From positions 68,076,001 through 68,140,000 of the forward strand of contig NC_042998.1 in NCBI RefSeq assembly GCF_006345805.1: a stretch of DNA of 64,000 bases, in the 5' to 3' direction. Shown piece after piece: positions 14,138-27,828 of this stretch (its first letter is position 1; the number at the start of each line of letters is the position of its first letter). The position numbers and the translations under genes were made by a program. Below the pieces are notes generated by a model. That model made no database searches. It was not told the DNA's origin and saw nothing but the letters and a program-made list of their open reading frames with translations. The DNA is from Octopus sinensis. Lineage: Eukaryota.

Positions 14138-14957
14138 GACTACATAAACACGTTTACATAGCGAACCTTGATATCAACATGTTACAAATCAATTGGAGTC
14201 AGTAGATATTTGAACAGAAGCAGGAAAAGACCTGAATACACGAAAATCCGTCGATTGTTTTTTAATACAATGAAGTATTATCAAGAAAGTAGAGGTGAAA
14301 AAGCTGCAATATTAATATAAGATTTCAAATAATTCCTCAGGTATAAAGAAAATATCATGAGCTCCAACTGCTTAAGAATAATATCCATTACCATTCACCT
14401 GGTAACATTTCCCAGATAAGCCAGTTTTATTTTGTTCGTGTCTTTGGCTCGGAGCCTAAGTAGTGTTAAATAATTATCTCACCATTTCTTTCATTGAAGT
14501 AAAAGCCAACTCTTTTGACATTATTGATACACCGCCGGTGATGGGTTTTAATAAGACACCTGTCATAATAAATCCATTCTGACTGTGTCCTACATAAATT
14601 TTTCCCTTTCTCGTTATTTATTTATTCCTTTTCTGTGCGTGTCTGCTACCCCACCTACCCAATTCTCTCCGTTGTTCTATTTTGGGGGAAGGGATGTTGT
14701 TGGGGAGCGTAGTGGGAGATGTTACTGTTTAAAAAACCGTGGATGTTTGGTAAATGTGTTATATATTAGATGACACACACTTGCAAATTTCGTGCCGAAA
14801 ATTTCCATTGAGGCCTTACTAATAGTAAAATAATGGTGTATGAATATTCAGCTATATTTGTATATTTACGAGAATGTGTGTATTCTGCATGTATATATAT
14901 GTATATGCATGCATTCATACATACATACATACATACATACATACATACATACATACA

Positions 14958-14991
<34 letters not shown>

Positions 14992-15130
14992 CGTGCTTAT
15001 GTACAAACATACACACAGACCCTGCAGCTTAATTGCAGATAGATAGATAGATAGATAGATAGATATATAGATGGATGGATGGATGGATGGATAGCAGGAG
15101 GGATGGATGGATACACGCATTCTCATTTTC

Positions 15131-15202
<72 letters not shown>

Positions 15203-15397
15203 CATGGCGGTTTAAATGGCGGTGCCCCAGCATGGCCACAGCTCGTGAGCTGAAACTAGATAAAATAAATAAATAAAATAAAATAAGGCGAGCTGGCAGA
15301 AATGTTAGTGCACCGAGTGAAATACTTAGCTGTCTTTACGTTTTTAAATGGCGGTGCCACAGCATGGCCACAGCTCGTGAGCCGAAACTAGATGAAA

Positions 15398-15436
<39 letters not shown>

Positions 15437-15440
15437 GCAT

Positions 15441-15475
<35 letters not shown>

Positions 15476-15927
15476 CGCTCGTGTGTATTTGTCGTATATA
15501 ACAATATTGCAAAAGGAACATAAGTAAGCAACTTGAAAAAACTATAAGTGTTGCATATTGCGAATGGTATACTAATTAGGTGCAGTCCCATAGTCATTTG
15601 TAGCCGAATTGGCTCTTTACTCTCGTCTCTTACAAGTATTCAGACAAGCTTTCTCTGAAGATAATCCATGAATTTTGGTTTCGTTCTGTCTTCCCATCAA
15701 GAGTTTGTGTTTTCTTAATAAAAATCTATAAGAAGGCGGCGAGCTGGCAGAAACGGTTAGTACACCGTTCCGAGTTCAAATTCCGCCGAGTTAGACTTTG
15801 CCTTTCATCCTTTCGTGGTCGATTAAATAAGTACCAGTTGCGTTCTGCGGTCGATTTAATCGACTGGCTTCCGCCTCTCCAAAAATTTCGTGCTTTGTGC
15901 TTGAAGTAGAAAAGAATATTTTTACGC

Positions 15928-16140
15928 TGCGAGCTAGCAGAAAGGTTAGCTCGCCTGGCGAAATGCTTCGGGGTATTTCGTCTGTCTTTACGTTCTGAGT
16001 TTAAATTCTGCCGAGATCGACTTTGCGTTTCATGCTTTCGGAGTCGATAAATTAAGTACCAGTTCCGTACTGAGGTCAGTCTAATCGACTGGCCCCCTTC
16101 CCCAAATTTTCAGGGCCTTGTGCCTAGAGTAGAAAAGAAT
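15928..16140 (+). mobile_element. tRNA-derived SINE family B, representative copy
   Basis: Pattern gcgagctggcagaa..gttagc..gccgggcgaaatgctt..ttctgagttcaaattccgccgaggtcgactttgcctttcatcctttcggggtcgataaa..agtaccag. Other copies lie at about 2960-3110(-), 9310-9535(+), 15737-15918(+), 16270-16462(-), 28630-28840(-), 38803-38935(-), 39617-40058(-, composite), 62725-62940(+) and 63085-63330(-). Confidence 0.85.
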
Positions 16141-16917
16141 GAAAAGCTATGAGTAATCTTCTTTGTCCCTTGATGAAGCCATAAATATACAATCAAAGCA
16201 CTGTGAAATTACAATTATGGAATCACAAATCAATCTAAATTTGATACATCGTTTTTGTTTACAAGGCCTGTAATTCTGGTGAGAGAGTTAAGTCCATTAC
16301 ATTGACCTCAGAGAACTTAACTGGTGCTTAATTTATCGATCCCAAAACGTTGGAAAGCAAATTCGGCTTCGATGGTTTCTGAACTTACAACATAAAAAGA
16401 ACAGGAAAAAATATGGTGAAGCACTCTTTGTCCCCCGCGTTAACGATTCTGCCTGCTCGCCACTTTACAAGCAATAAAATAATTACTAATTATAAATCAC
16501 ATCATTGAAGGACAGATAGAACTAGGCGGGGCAGGAGGATACGGGTGGATGCAAAAAAGGTCGATGAAAAGATCACAGATGTGTGGCGAAAGATTTCCAG
16601 ACAATGGACATTACATAAAATAAGAACAATAATAATCGGGTGATGAGCGAGTGTACAGTGCATGTGTTTATTTGCCAGACAGGAAAAAAATATCATCCCG
16701 AAATATAACGATAATTATAAATTAAGTAAATTATATGTAAAATTAAGGCAACGGAATAGTTTACTGTTTAAATATTGCTTGTCGATAGAAGGAATGAAAA
16801 ATATGTTTCTGGTTTAATCTCTTAATATTGTGTCATTAATATTATGTTGAATATGAAAACCAAACCTATGTAACTTCCCTGTATGACTTTTTGAATATCA
16901 GTGTCTGCTTGTGTTGT

Positions 16918-16918
16918 T

Positions 16919-16976
<58 letters not shown>

Positions 16977-17251
16977 AGTAGTAGTAGTGTGGTGGTGGTG
17001 GTGCTAGTAGTAGTAGTAGTAGTAGCAGCAGCAGCAGTAGTAGTAGTAGTAGAAGTAGTAGTAGTAATGTGGTGGTGGTGCTAGTAGTAGTAGTAGTAGC
17101 AGCAGCAGCAGAAGCAGCAGCAGCAGTAGTAGTAGTAGTAGTAGTTAGTAGTAGTAGTATTAGTAGTAGTAGTGAAGGTCATGTTAGTAATAGTGATGAC
17201 AGTGGTAGAGATAGTAGTAGTAGTAGTAGTAGTAGTAGTAGCAGCAGCAGA

Positions 17252-17283
<32 letters not shown>

Positions 17284-17300
17284 TAGTAGTAGTAGAGCTA
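16918..17300. repeat. (TAG)n/(CAG)n/(TGG)n compound microsatellite
   Basis: Directly visible. It produces spurious poly-V/S/L ORFs. Confidence 0.95.
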
Positions 17301-18047
17301 GTAGTACATAAACCAGATCCATTTTACAATTCCGTTTATCAAATTCAAATGTCGAACACGTACAGTCTGATGAGAGAATGAGGATGTAGAGAGAAAGAGA
17401 GAGAGAGATGCTAAGAGACAGGAAAAAGAACAGAGACAGAGACAGAGACAGAGACAGAGACAGAGACAGAGTGAGAGAGAGAAAAATCAGACAAGCCGGA
17501 CACAAAAATCAACAACGGAAGAATGTGGTATATAAACTGTCCAGAGCATTAGAAAAGGTAAAAAGAAAGAAATATATTAAAATAAACATTACAAAGTAAT
17601 TAAAGAAACACATCCACCAAGCGTTGTTGTTATGGACTTTCTTAACAGGTGTGACAAAGACAGGAAATTTCAAACAGCAAGACAACGTGAAATACCGGAA
17701 CAAGAAGTAAGAAACGTGCAGCGAAGCACGTAGAAAGCGATATAAGTAAATGCTGCTTCTCCGAATCACTAGAATCTCTTTATAGACATTGCAAGGTTTT
17801 AAACAATTTTGGGTGATATGTAGTTTTTATAACATGATTTGATTCTCCGTATAATTATATAAGATTCTACGCGAGATTGTTTTCAGAAGAGAATAGTATG
17901 TGATATATATATATATATATAGGTCACTATCAGAAATATCGAATTTACTAATATGATGAAACGGTGAAATAGGCAGTGTGTGTATATACTGGTGATTGCG
18001 TTTGAAGACATTAATACATACGAGTCAATACAAGAGTTCTATGAAGT

Positions 18048-18972
18048 AAGCTTACGTTTCGGATAATAATCTTTCATCAACACGAGTATGTATTTATAAG
18101 TATGTGTATGCAGTGGCGGACTTGGTCTAAAAATATTGGTTGCCAGGAAACTTAGGGAGCCCCCGCAACTACAAGGGGGGCCATCGGCAACCACAATGGG
18201 GCCCACCCGTACCAACAATGCTATCATTTAATTTAATTTTTTTTTGTTAAAAGTATTCTTTTCGACTGTCTATAAATATGGACATGCTGAAATAATGCAG
18301 TCTTCCGGGAGTGAATAAAAAATTCTCAAACTTGAGGGAATGGGGCCCTTACATACTAACATGGGCCCCATATATGGATTCCAATGCCGCAGTGGCCCAC
18401 TTGCCATCGAGCAAGTTGGCAAGCTGGCCAGTCCACCATTGTGTATATGTACCTGCGTGTGTGTATGTGTGTGCTTGTGTGTATATGGATGCGTGTTATG
18501 TGTGTGCTTGTGTGTATATGGTTTGCGTGTTATATTAACACCATTAAAAAGCTTATGTTTCGGACAACCAACTTTCATCAACGAGAGTATGTATTTACAG
18601 GTATATGAATGTACCTGCGTGCGTGTATATGTGTGATTGTGTGTGTGTATGAGTGCGTAACGTCACTAGATGGCGTGTTATATTAACAACATTAAAAAGC
18701 CGACGTTTCGCGCAAACATCTTTCATCAACGAGTGGATATATTTACAGGTATTTGTATGTACCTGCGTGTGTGTGTGAGTGCGTAACGTCACTAGATGGC
18801 GTGTTATATTAACAACATTAAAAGGCTAGCATTTCGGACAAGCATCTTTCATCAACGAAAGTATGTATTTACAGGTATGTGTATGTACCTGCATGTGTTT
18901 ATGTTTGTGCTTGTGCCTGTGTATGAGTGCGTAACGTCCCTAGATTGCTTGTTATATTAACAACATTAAAAA
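18048..18972. repeat. Tandem array of four ~125-150 bp units, interrupted by a hAT MITE
   Basis: The repeated block aagc....gtttcgg.......ctttcatcaacg..gtatgtatttacaggtat...tacctgc...gtgttatattaacaacattaaaa starts at 18048, 18549, 18697 and 18823. Confidence 0.9.
18111..18441. mobile_element. hAT-superfamily MITE inserted in tandem-repeat unit 1
   Basis: TIRs CAGTGGCGGACT / AGTCCACCATTG. The 8-bp TSD reads tgtgtatg / tgtatatg, and the neighbouring units show the empty site caggtatgtgtatgtacctg. Confidence 0.8.
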
Positions 18973-19779
18973 TATACTTTTTGAAGTAATACAATGGTTT
19001 ATGTATTTGGATAGCATAAAAGAAATCAATGATACTTAAGTCTTCATCTGCTATACCCGCATCAATATAAAATCATTAAAACTTTTAAAATATTGTTATA
19101 TTTACTTTTTGTGGTGTGAGTGAATGCCCACACATTCACAAATACATACAGGAGTGGCTGTGTGGGAAGAAGCCTGCGTACCAAAAGCATAGTTCCGGGT
19201 TCAGTCCCACTGCGTGGCACCTTGGGCAAGTGTCTTCTACTATAGCCTCGAGTCGACCCCAGCCTTCTGAGTAGATTTGGCAGGCGGAAACTGAAAGAAG
19301 CCCTTCGTATATATATATGTGTGTGTGTGTGTGTATGTTTGTTTGTCTGCATTTGTCCGCCCAACATCGCTTGACAACCGACACTGGTGTATTTACGTCC
19401 CCGTAACTTAGTGGTTCGGCGAGAGAGGTCGATAGAATAACTACTAGGCTTACAACGAATAAGTCCTAGATCGATTTTCTCGACTAAAAGCTGTGCTCCG
19501 GCATGCTGCAGTCAAATGACTAAAACAAATAAAAGAAGAAAAGAATATCCTAATAGAACAGCATTCCCACTTCGTTTCTTAGTCTTTCTTGACGTGTTCC
19601 CTTACTGTCAACTCTTCTTTCTTCGGATGAAAGAATGACGAGCAAAACTTTGAGACCTTTTCTTTCGATTAAAGCGTTAGTCTTCTATTTTTAAATCTTG
19701 TCTCTCCTACGTTGTCCTTTTTAGTTTTCACTTTATATACACAAGACAGACAGACAGGCAGGCAGGCAGGCAGACAGCC

Positions 19780-19885
<106 letters not shown>

Positions 19886-20875
19886 CTGTGTGGTAAGAAG
19901 CTTGCTTCCCAACCACATATTTCAGGGTTCAGTCCCACTGCGTGGCAGCTTCTATATATTGATGAATGTGTGTGTGTATGTGTGTGTATATATATGTGTG
20001 TGTGTGTGTGTGCGTGTGTGCATGCGTGTGTGCGTGTGTATGTATGTGTGTATGTGTGTTTGTACCTCTACCATCGCTTGACAACTGATGCCTGTGTGTT
20101 TATGTCGCCGTAATTTAGCGTTTCGGCAAGAGAAACCGATAGAATAAGTACTAGGCTTACAAAGAATAAGTCTTGGAGTTGATTTCTTCGACTAACACCA
20201 ACCTTTAAGGTGGTGCTCAAGCATGGCTGCAATCAGATGACTGGAACAAGTAAAAGAATATGCGCCTACTTTTTGTAAATATTTGACTCATAAAGTGCAA
20301 CAGAACGTGGCTCAGTGGTTAGAATATTCGGTTCACGGTAGAAAGGGCGTGTGTTCCATTCCCAGAGGTACGTTGTGTCCCTGACCAAGACACATTTTTC
20401 CCGTCGCGTCGGTCCAGTTCACTCAGCTAGCAAAAAAGAGCTGTACCTGTAATTCAAACGGCTACCCAATTGTTTGACCTTAACCAGTTGAGAGAGGCTG
20501 GCGATATGTGCATCTCTGATCACGAGCAGAAGTATTGGGGGAGCATCATAGCCATGTGTTGAGAGGGATTCTTTGGGGTTTTAATAATTCACCTCTGGAA
20601 ACATGGGTGTTTCGTTCAACATCATTAAACAATCCTTATTCAGAGACCTTTTGAGCGGGATGGGTTACTCGACCAGAAGAAAATTCTAAGTGATCCCCAC
20701 CTGCAAGGTCATGTGCTGTTTATGTTTATTTTGATATGAGATCACCATGTCACGCACATATGGTTGTGATGCATGTGCCTAGTGTACCCATATCAGACGT
20801 GTAGTCATGATGGGTATACTGGGCTTCGTATATTTTACCCCAGAGTCATTTTGATGGCATGTACTGCTCTCTCAC

Positions 20876-20921
<46 letters not shown>

Positions 20922-21473
20922 GTATATGTGCGCAGGCGGGGCTAGTAGCTTGCTCACTAACCACATGCTTCCGGGTTCAGTCCCACTGCGTGGTACCTTG
21001 GGCAAATGTATTCTACTATAGCGTCAGGTCGATCAAAGCCTTGTGAGTGTGTTCGGTAGACGGAAACTAAAAGAAGCCCGTCGTATATATATGCATGTGT
21101 GTGCCTGTGTGTTTGCGTTTGTGTGTTTGTCCCACAACATCACTTTACAATCAATGGTGGTGTGTTTACGTCCCCGTAACTTAGCGTTTCGGCAAAAAGA
21201 AACTGATAGAATAAGTACTAGGCTTACAAAAAACAAGTCCTGGGGTCGATTTGCTCGACTAAAAGGTGTTACTCCAGCATGGCCGCAGTCAAATGACTGA
21301 AACAAGTAATAGAAAGTCAAAGAAAGTATTTATACATACATATATATGCATATATATATATGTGTGCGTGTGTGTGTATGTATGTATGCGCATAAGTATA
21401 TAGATAGATAATGAATGTTTAGATGTATATGCATATATACATATATGTATATATGTATATATATATATATATA

Positions 21474-21504
<31 letters not shown>

Positions 21505-21549
21505 TATATATATACATATATATGTATATATATATATATATATATATAC

Positions 21550-21638
<89 letters not shown>

Positions 21639-22130
21639 TATATAAATATGTATGTATGGAAGCATGTATTTACATGCTTGTAATATTGAAGTAATACAAA
21701 TTATTTTTATTTCATATATGTTATCATACATAACGTTCCTTAATCACGTTTCTGATCTCTCATCATGTACCATGGATGTCGCTATCCTGCTTTAATTTCC
21801 TCCCATCTTATTAGCATTTTTCTGCTATTTTTCAGCTTCAGTTTTTTTTTCGTTTTCTGCTTTTCTTTAACCTCTGTCATTTCTTGTCCTCCTTCCCCCT
21901 AACCTGTCCAATCTTATACTTTCTAACATATCACAATTATAATACCTTCCCCAATGATACAACCAAATATTTTTCGAAACTTCTGAAATACTCAATGCAT
22001 CCACACACACACACACACACATAGACTAATCAACCTCGTCCACCTCACAGCCTTCTCACACTCCTCTTACCTCTGCTTCTAACTACGCTTCACCTCTCCC
22101 TCTAACTCCTCTCAATTCCTCTACATTAAC

Positions 22131-22169
<39 letters not shown>

Positions 22170-22940
22170 CCCACTGTATCTTTCCCACGTCACACAGTTG
22201 CTCACTATCAGTGCCCTCAAGATTAAGAAATACACTCAACTCCCCTCTCTCCCACATACTCATTCTCTTCTTACTCTCGACTGCCTCTCCCTTTCCCTTT
22301 TACTACACCAGTTTATTTCCCCCACATTTCTTCATCATATTTTTTCTTCCGGTTTTTTGCTTCTAATGATTTTTTCTTTTCACCTGCTTCTCATGAAGTC
22401 TATATTTTTTTATATTATTTATAGTTTTCAATAAATTGTTTCAGATTTTTAAAAATATTTTTATATGTAAATTTTTATGTGTTATTTGACGTTTTTCTAT
22501 GCTTTTTACTTTAGCGTATACACGTCTGGTTGCGTGTAAATAGTTAAATGTAGCTTATACGTGTTTAGGCATATCGGCAAAGGCAAGTGCGTGGGTATGT
22601 GTATGCGCATGTGAGCTTGTGTGTGTATATCTGCGTTTGTATGCGTATGTGCGGGTGAATATGTGTGTGTATGTGCGTGTGCTTGTGTATATTTGTGTGC
22701 ATGTGCGTTTGTGTATATGTGTGTGAATGTGCGTGTGCGTGCCTATATGTGCATGTGTGTATGTGTATGTGTGTGTATATGTATATGTGTGTATGTGTGT
22801 AAGCAAGAGTGTAATTATGTGTGCAAATGTATGTGATGATATACTTTTATACACATAAATGAAACGACTGTGTACGTGTTTAGCTTTGCTAGTACGCGTT
22901 TATGTAAGCATATATGCATATATCTATATCTATCTATCTA

Positions 22941-22988
<48 letters not shown>

Positions 22989-23233
22989 CATGTATGTATG
23001 TATGTGTGTGCGTGTATGCGTGTGTGTATGTGAGTGTGAACTGGTGTAGTGCATATAATTATGAGTACAAGTGTGTATGTATGTATCTATTATTGCGTAT
23101 ATAGATTTATAAATATAAATATATATATATATATGTATATATATAGAGAGAGAGACAGACAGATAGCAGACAGACAGACAGAGACAGGCAGAGAGACAAA
23201 AAGAGGCAGACAGATAGATAGATAGATAGATAT

Positions 23234-23330
<97 letters not shown>

Positions 23331-23798
23331 CGGATATAAAAGTATCGCCAATGTAAGATTTGCAAATTTTATATAAAATATTTTGCACAGTACAATCATT
23401 AACTGACATAGAACTCAATATAATGGATCCAGTGGAGAGATATAATTATTGTATCAGATGCCTGACAACCTACTCTATGTTTCACCCTTGGCTAATTCTC
23501 TACGTGGACAGAAGATGCATGTGGGTAGTGCTTTAAATGTCATTGTAGATCCTAAATAAAAATAGAGTGACTCAATTAGAATTTATTGTCATGAACAGCC
23601 ACGGGCGAAACTTGGAGTAAACTGTCAACGTTTGATATAATAAATATATTAACGCGTATGTATTTGTGTATGTCGGTATATATAAATATGTGTGTGCATG
23701 TGCGTATGTATATACATATATATATATATATATATATGAATATTCATATGCACACACACACACATATATATATATATACATACATGTATATATATACA

Positions 23799-23829
<31 letters not shown>

Positions 23830-25199
23830 GCATATATATATACACACACACATATATATACACACGCACACATTCACATACATATAAACATAATTCAATG
23901 GTTTATGTTTGTGTGATTGTATACACGTATGTATGCGCGTATATGCGCGGATGCGCAAGAGCACGTGTATATGTGTGTGCGCGTGTGTGTGTCTATGTGC
24001 ACAAATATATGGAGACAGATAATGCTTGCGCATATCAGTATAATATATATGTGCAATTGTCTATGCGCAAATATGATATATATATATATCTTTTCAGAAT
24101 GCGATAAAAAAACCAAGGCTGTGAAGATTTTAGAACAGTTATTAATAGAAGATTTTACAGCTGTTTCCAGGATATTTATTCTACCCCTTCATCGGAGATG
24201 GTGTGAGAAAATGGTTCAGCAATAGTTAATTTAGATAAGATACGAAATAGAGAGTGAAGTGGAGGAATGAAATAGACGTGAGATATGCAGGGATATTGCA
24301 TATGTAGATCCATTATTTAGGCAGAATTGTATACATATAAGATTCCAATACCTTGTGAGTAAAGGGTTTTATTTAAAGTGACCTAAAAGTAGGGAATGTA
24401 TTTGTAAGGTCAAATCGAAAACAGGAAGATAGGAATATCGAAAAGAGAAGAAAAGAGAAAAAAGGAAAGAAGAAAAAAGAAGAAAAAAGAGGAAGATAGG
24501 AATAAAGAAAAAAGAAAATAGAAAAACAAGGAGAGAGATAATAAGGGAAAGTGTACCAGTTATTGGTCAGTCAAAATAATTTGAAAGTAGAAATGGGGAG
24601 AAGAGCGTGATAGAGAGAGAAAGGTATGAGAGTGTAAAAAGATAGAAGGAATTGGGGTGATAGAGAGAGGTATAAAAATGTAAAACGTAAAGGAGTGTCA
24701 GTTATGTAGTGATAGAGTCTAAGTGATGGGACAGAGAGAGGGGTAGTAGTATGGAATGAAACATTTAGGAATATAGATTAAGTGTTTGGACAGGTCACTG
24801 CTTAGTAGTAGAAGAAAATATATATGTGAAGATGTATACATATGTATATATTAGACATGTATATATATATTTTACAGATGTTTATACATATCAATATCTA
24901 CATATACAACTTATACTTGTATGCACATGTACACATGCACACCCATATATACGTGTATCTGTATGTGTTATCGCCCATGTACACGTAGGTATGAATACCT
25001 TGCATACATGCATACATTCACACATACACACATACATACACGCATACACAAGCACATACATATACACGCACATATGCACGCACGCGTATATACACGAATA
25101 TAATTAGATGGTTGTGATATTCGAGTATGAGTGAGGAATTAGATAGGGATTAAGCGTTAAAATGCAGAATATATATCTTGATTCGTTAGCTACTGCACG

Positions 25200-25380
25200 C
25201 ATTTTTTTCTCTCCTTCTTTCTGTGTTTTTTTTCTCTCTGTGTATCTTTCTGTTGAAGAGCGTAGGCTCGAAACGTTAAAGACTTGTTTTATTTATATTT
25301 CCTGAGCGCCATACTAATACAATTGTTCGTTTGTTTTCCACCTGCCTTCGTCTTTTGTCTATTTTCATAAAGCTTCCCGT
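25200..25380 (+). mobile_element. Penelope-like pseudo-LTR with hammerhead-like motif (25245-25282), tail-to-tail with the PLE ORF remnant
   Basis: UCUUU-CUGUUGA-A-GAGC guag GCUC-GAAA-CGU-U-AAAGA followed by tttcctgagcgcc.tactaatac, ending at (TA)n. Confidence 0.6.
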
Positions 25381-25403
25381 TATATATATATATATATATA
25401 TAT

Positions 25404-26600
25404 AAGGTTACTGGGATTACCTAAGTGGTATCGTGGAAATATACTGTATGGTCGTTTAGGCATTTAGATTTATGGTAGAATTTGAATGTGTGAAAAAGCG
25501 GTGGTTGCATGTGCTTAGTGCCTCATTATGTTTATTTAACAATGCTGGAGAGTTGTACTTTAATATGTGAATTGCCTCCTTCGAGCAAGGTTTGCAGGTT
25601 GAGCGTTGACCTCCGTAGGGAAGCCTTGAGTCCAGTATGGACCATGATAGAGTATAGGGTATATTTGCATTTTTGAGATGATTTATGTGGTTGGCGAGTG
25701 TTGTAGAATTACTGGTTATCGTTTCTAAAAGAATGGAGGTAAGCGGCATATCGTTGCTTAAAATTTTTGGTTTATCTTATGTATAAGGCTGTAGAATTGT
25801 GTAATAGATTAAGGACAGTGCATTTGCAAACTACATTATATCTTCTGCAATGGGGTTGTAACGGTCAGATGGTTCCAGGACGGCAATTACAATTAGGTGA
25901 ATTTTGGGGACAGTGTTCAGGAATGCAGGAGGTAATATCGTCGGAGGAGAAGTTAGAGAAGCGGGTAGAAGATTCTATATTATTCGTATTATTAACGTTA
26001 TTATCACCATCATTGCTATTAATAATATTGTTGTTATTAATTGTACTATTTGTAAGGGTGGTAGAGATTGTGTTGGTGTTCCGGGTAGTGTTAGTAGGAT
26101 TGGTTGGATTGTGGTTGTGGTCTAATGTAAGGGTCTCTGTGCTGGAGCCGTGTGTGTGTGTTGAGTGTTCGTATGATTAGAGTTGTAGTTATGTGAGTTT
26201 TGATAGTAAAGAGAAAGCTTTTGCTTATTAGAGGCTGCTACAACAGATTCGATGTTGGATGAGGTAGAATAAGATAGTTTCTGGGTGGATCGATTAAAGA
26301 TAGAATGATATTTATGTTGCCGAGGGAAGTTAGAGTCTAGTATTTTAAAGAAAAATTTAGCTAAGTTCTTGACGTTAAGTTAGAATGGAGGGGCGTACCA
26401 GAGAATATAGCGTCTGCCGCTTTTTTAAGGGGGTCTGGGAGCAGTGCTATCTAAGGTTTTAGATAAAGGAGTGGTATCCATATTTTTGGAGAAGGTATGG
26501 GGGTGGCGAAGCCTCTTGATATTAGCTTTCGTTTTTGACTTAGTGTTAAATGAATGTGTGGGGTGTCTAGATTGCCTGGGTATAAGACCTTCCAGGGTCC
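25404..26600 (-). mobile_element. Penelope-like element remnant (post-RT region and GIY-YIG endonuclease), pseudogenised
   Basis: Minus-strand frames give NFPRQHKYHSIFNRSTQKLSYS, CNCR...PHC...NVVCKCTV...YIR*TKNFKQRY, and NSTTLANHINHLKN.NIPYTLSWSIL...PY.....CKPCSKE..IL....LLNKHNE.LSTCNH. These are typical of PLE GIY-YIG C-termini. Confidence 0.8.
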
Positions 26601-26602
26601 CA

Positions 26603-26675
<73 letters not shown>

Positions 26676-26679
26676 TTAC

Positions 26680-27127
26680 TTGGAAATGGATGCTGACCGA
26701 ATCGTTATGTCATAAGAAAGATTTAGTAATTTATGGGAGCAACTGTCTTTGAACTCTAGAATGGTAGTTGAATGCTCGAAATGAGGGGTAGATAGACAAC
26801 TGATTAAGGGTCATTTTCTGTGTTTACTTTTCCTGTTGTCAATTTTCCTCTCGTTGCTTGCATATTTAACTCGTTTGTTTTCGTATTTCATGTTTTTAAG
26901 ACGGTCGGTAGCGTCCTGTACCCATATATATATATATAATATAGATAATATATAAATATATGCATATATATATATACATATATCCACATACCTACATATA
27001 TATGTATATATACATGCATATATGGGTACAGGACATCAAAAAACATTGAACACAATGAGAAACGAAAGCAGAAAAACAAAACATAGAAACGAACTTTTTT
27101 TCGGACAACGAAAAGAAACACATATAG

Positions 27128-27165
<38 letters not shown>

Positions 27166-27430
27166 TATATATATATATATGTATGTATATATGTATGTAT
27201 GTATGTATGTATGCATGTATATATATATATCAAAATGTAACCACATGTGAAATCGTTGGTGATTTTCTTCCCCCGTCTTCCCTTCTACTGGACTTTCCTC
27301 TGTTTCCGAAGAGGAGCGTCTGCTCGAAACGTTAAAACCATCTTTCTTTCCTTCCCTGAGCGTCTGCTAATACTTTACATCTACCACGTCCTCGCGTTGT
27401 TTTTTGTGTTTGTCCTTCTTGTGGGGATTT
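26680..27430. mobile_element. Cluster of Penelope-like pLTR fragments in (TA)n, including hammerhead-like motif 27302-27338
   Basis: Oppositely oriented pieces both begin atatgggtacaggac (about 26680-26925 minus, about 27020-27130 plus). The piece at 27247-27430 carries GUUU-CCGAAGA-G-GAGC gucu GCUC-GAAA-CGUU-AAAAC. Confidence 0.55.
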
Positions 27431-27573
27431 ACTACACACACACACACACAACACATATATATATATATATATATATATTATTTATATTGTGTACATATAT
27501 ATATTATTATATTGTTATATATATATATATTATATATTATATATATTATATAATATTATATATATATTATATA

Positions 27574-27828
27574 GAGCTGAACGAAGATTGAACAGAAATC
27601 GTTTTATTTCATTCTACACGTGTTTCGAAAGGCACAATTTACGAACTAGTTCGATTTGTTTTGCTCCGCCTCTGTTCTGTTTTTGTTTTTTCCAACGGAT
27701 TTCCTATTTCTTCCTGAAGAGAAAGACAAAATATGGTCTCATTATTCAATCGGATTTTGGTAAATTGTGCCTTTCGAAACACGTGTAGAATGAAATAAAA
27801 CGATTTCTGTTCAATCTTCGTTCAGCTC
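27574..27828. repeat. Fold-back/MITE-like element with 69-bp perfect inverted arms
   Basis: 27574-27642 gagctgaacgaag...ggcacaatttac is the reverse complement of 27760-27828. Confidence 0.9.

Noticed and set aside
17069-17505. Ser/Val/Leu-rich ORFs
   Set aside because: They arise from the (TAG)/(CAG) and (GA)n microsatellites and have no splice-site or homology support.
18048-18972. CRISPR-like reading of the repeat array
   Set aside because: The context is eukaryotic, the spacers are homologous to each other, and there are no cas genes.
19600-19740. Possible seventh hammerhead/pLTR remnant (cggatgaaagaat...caaaac)
   Set aside because: Too decayed. Helix II and the GAAA box cannot be formed.
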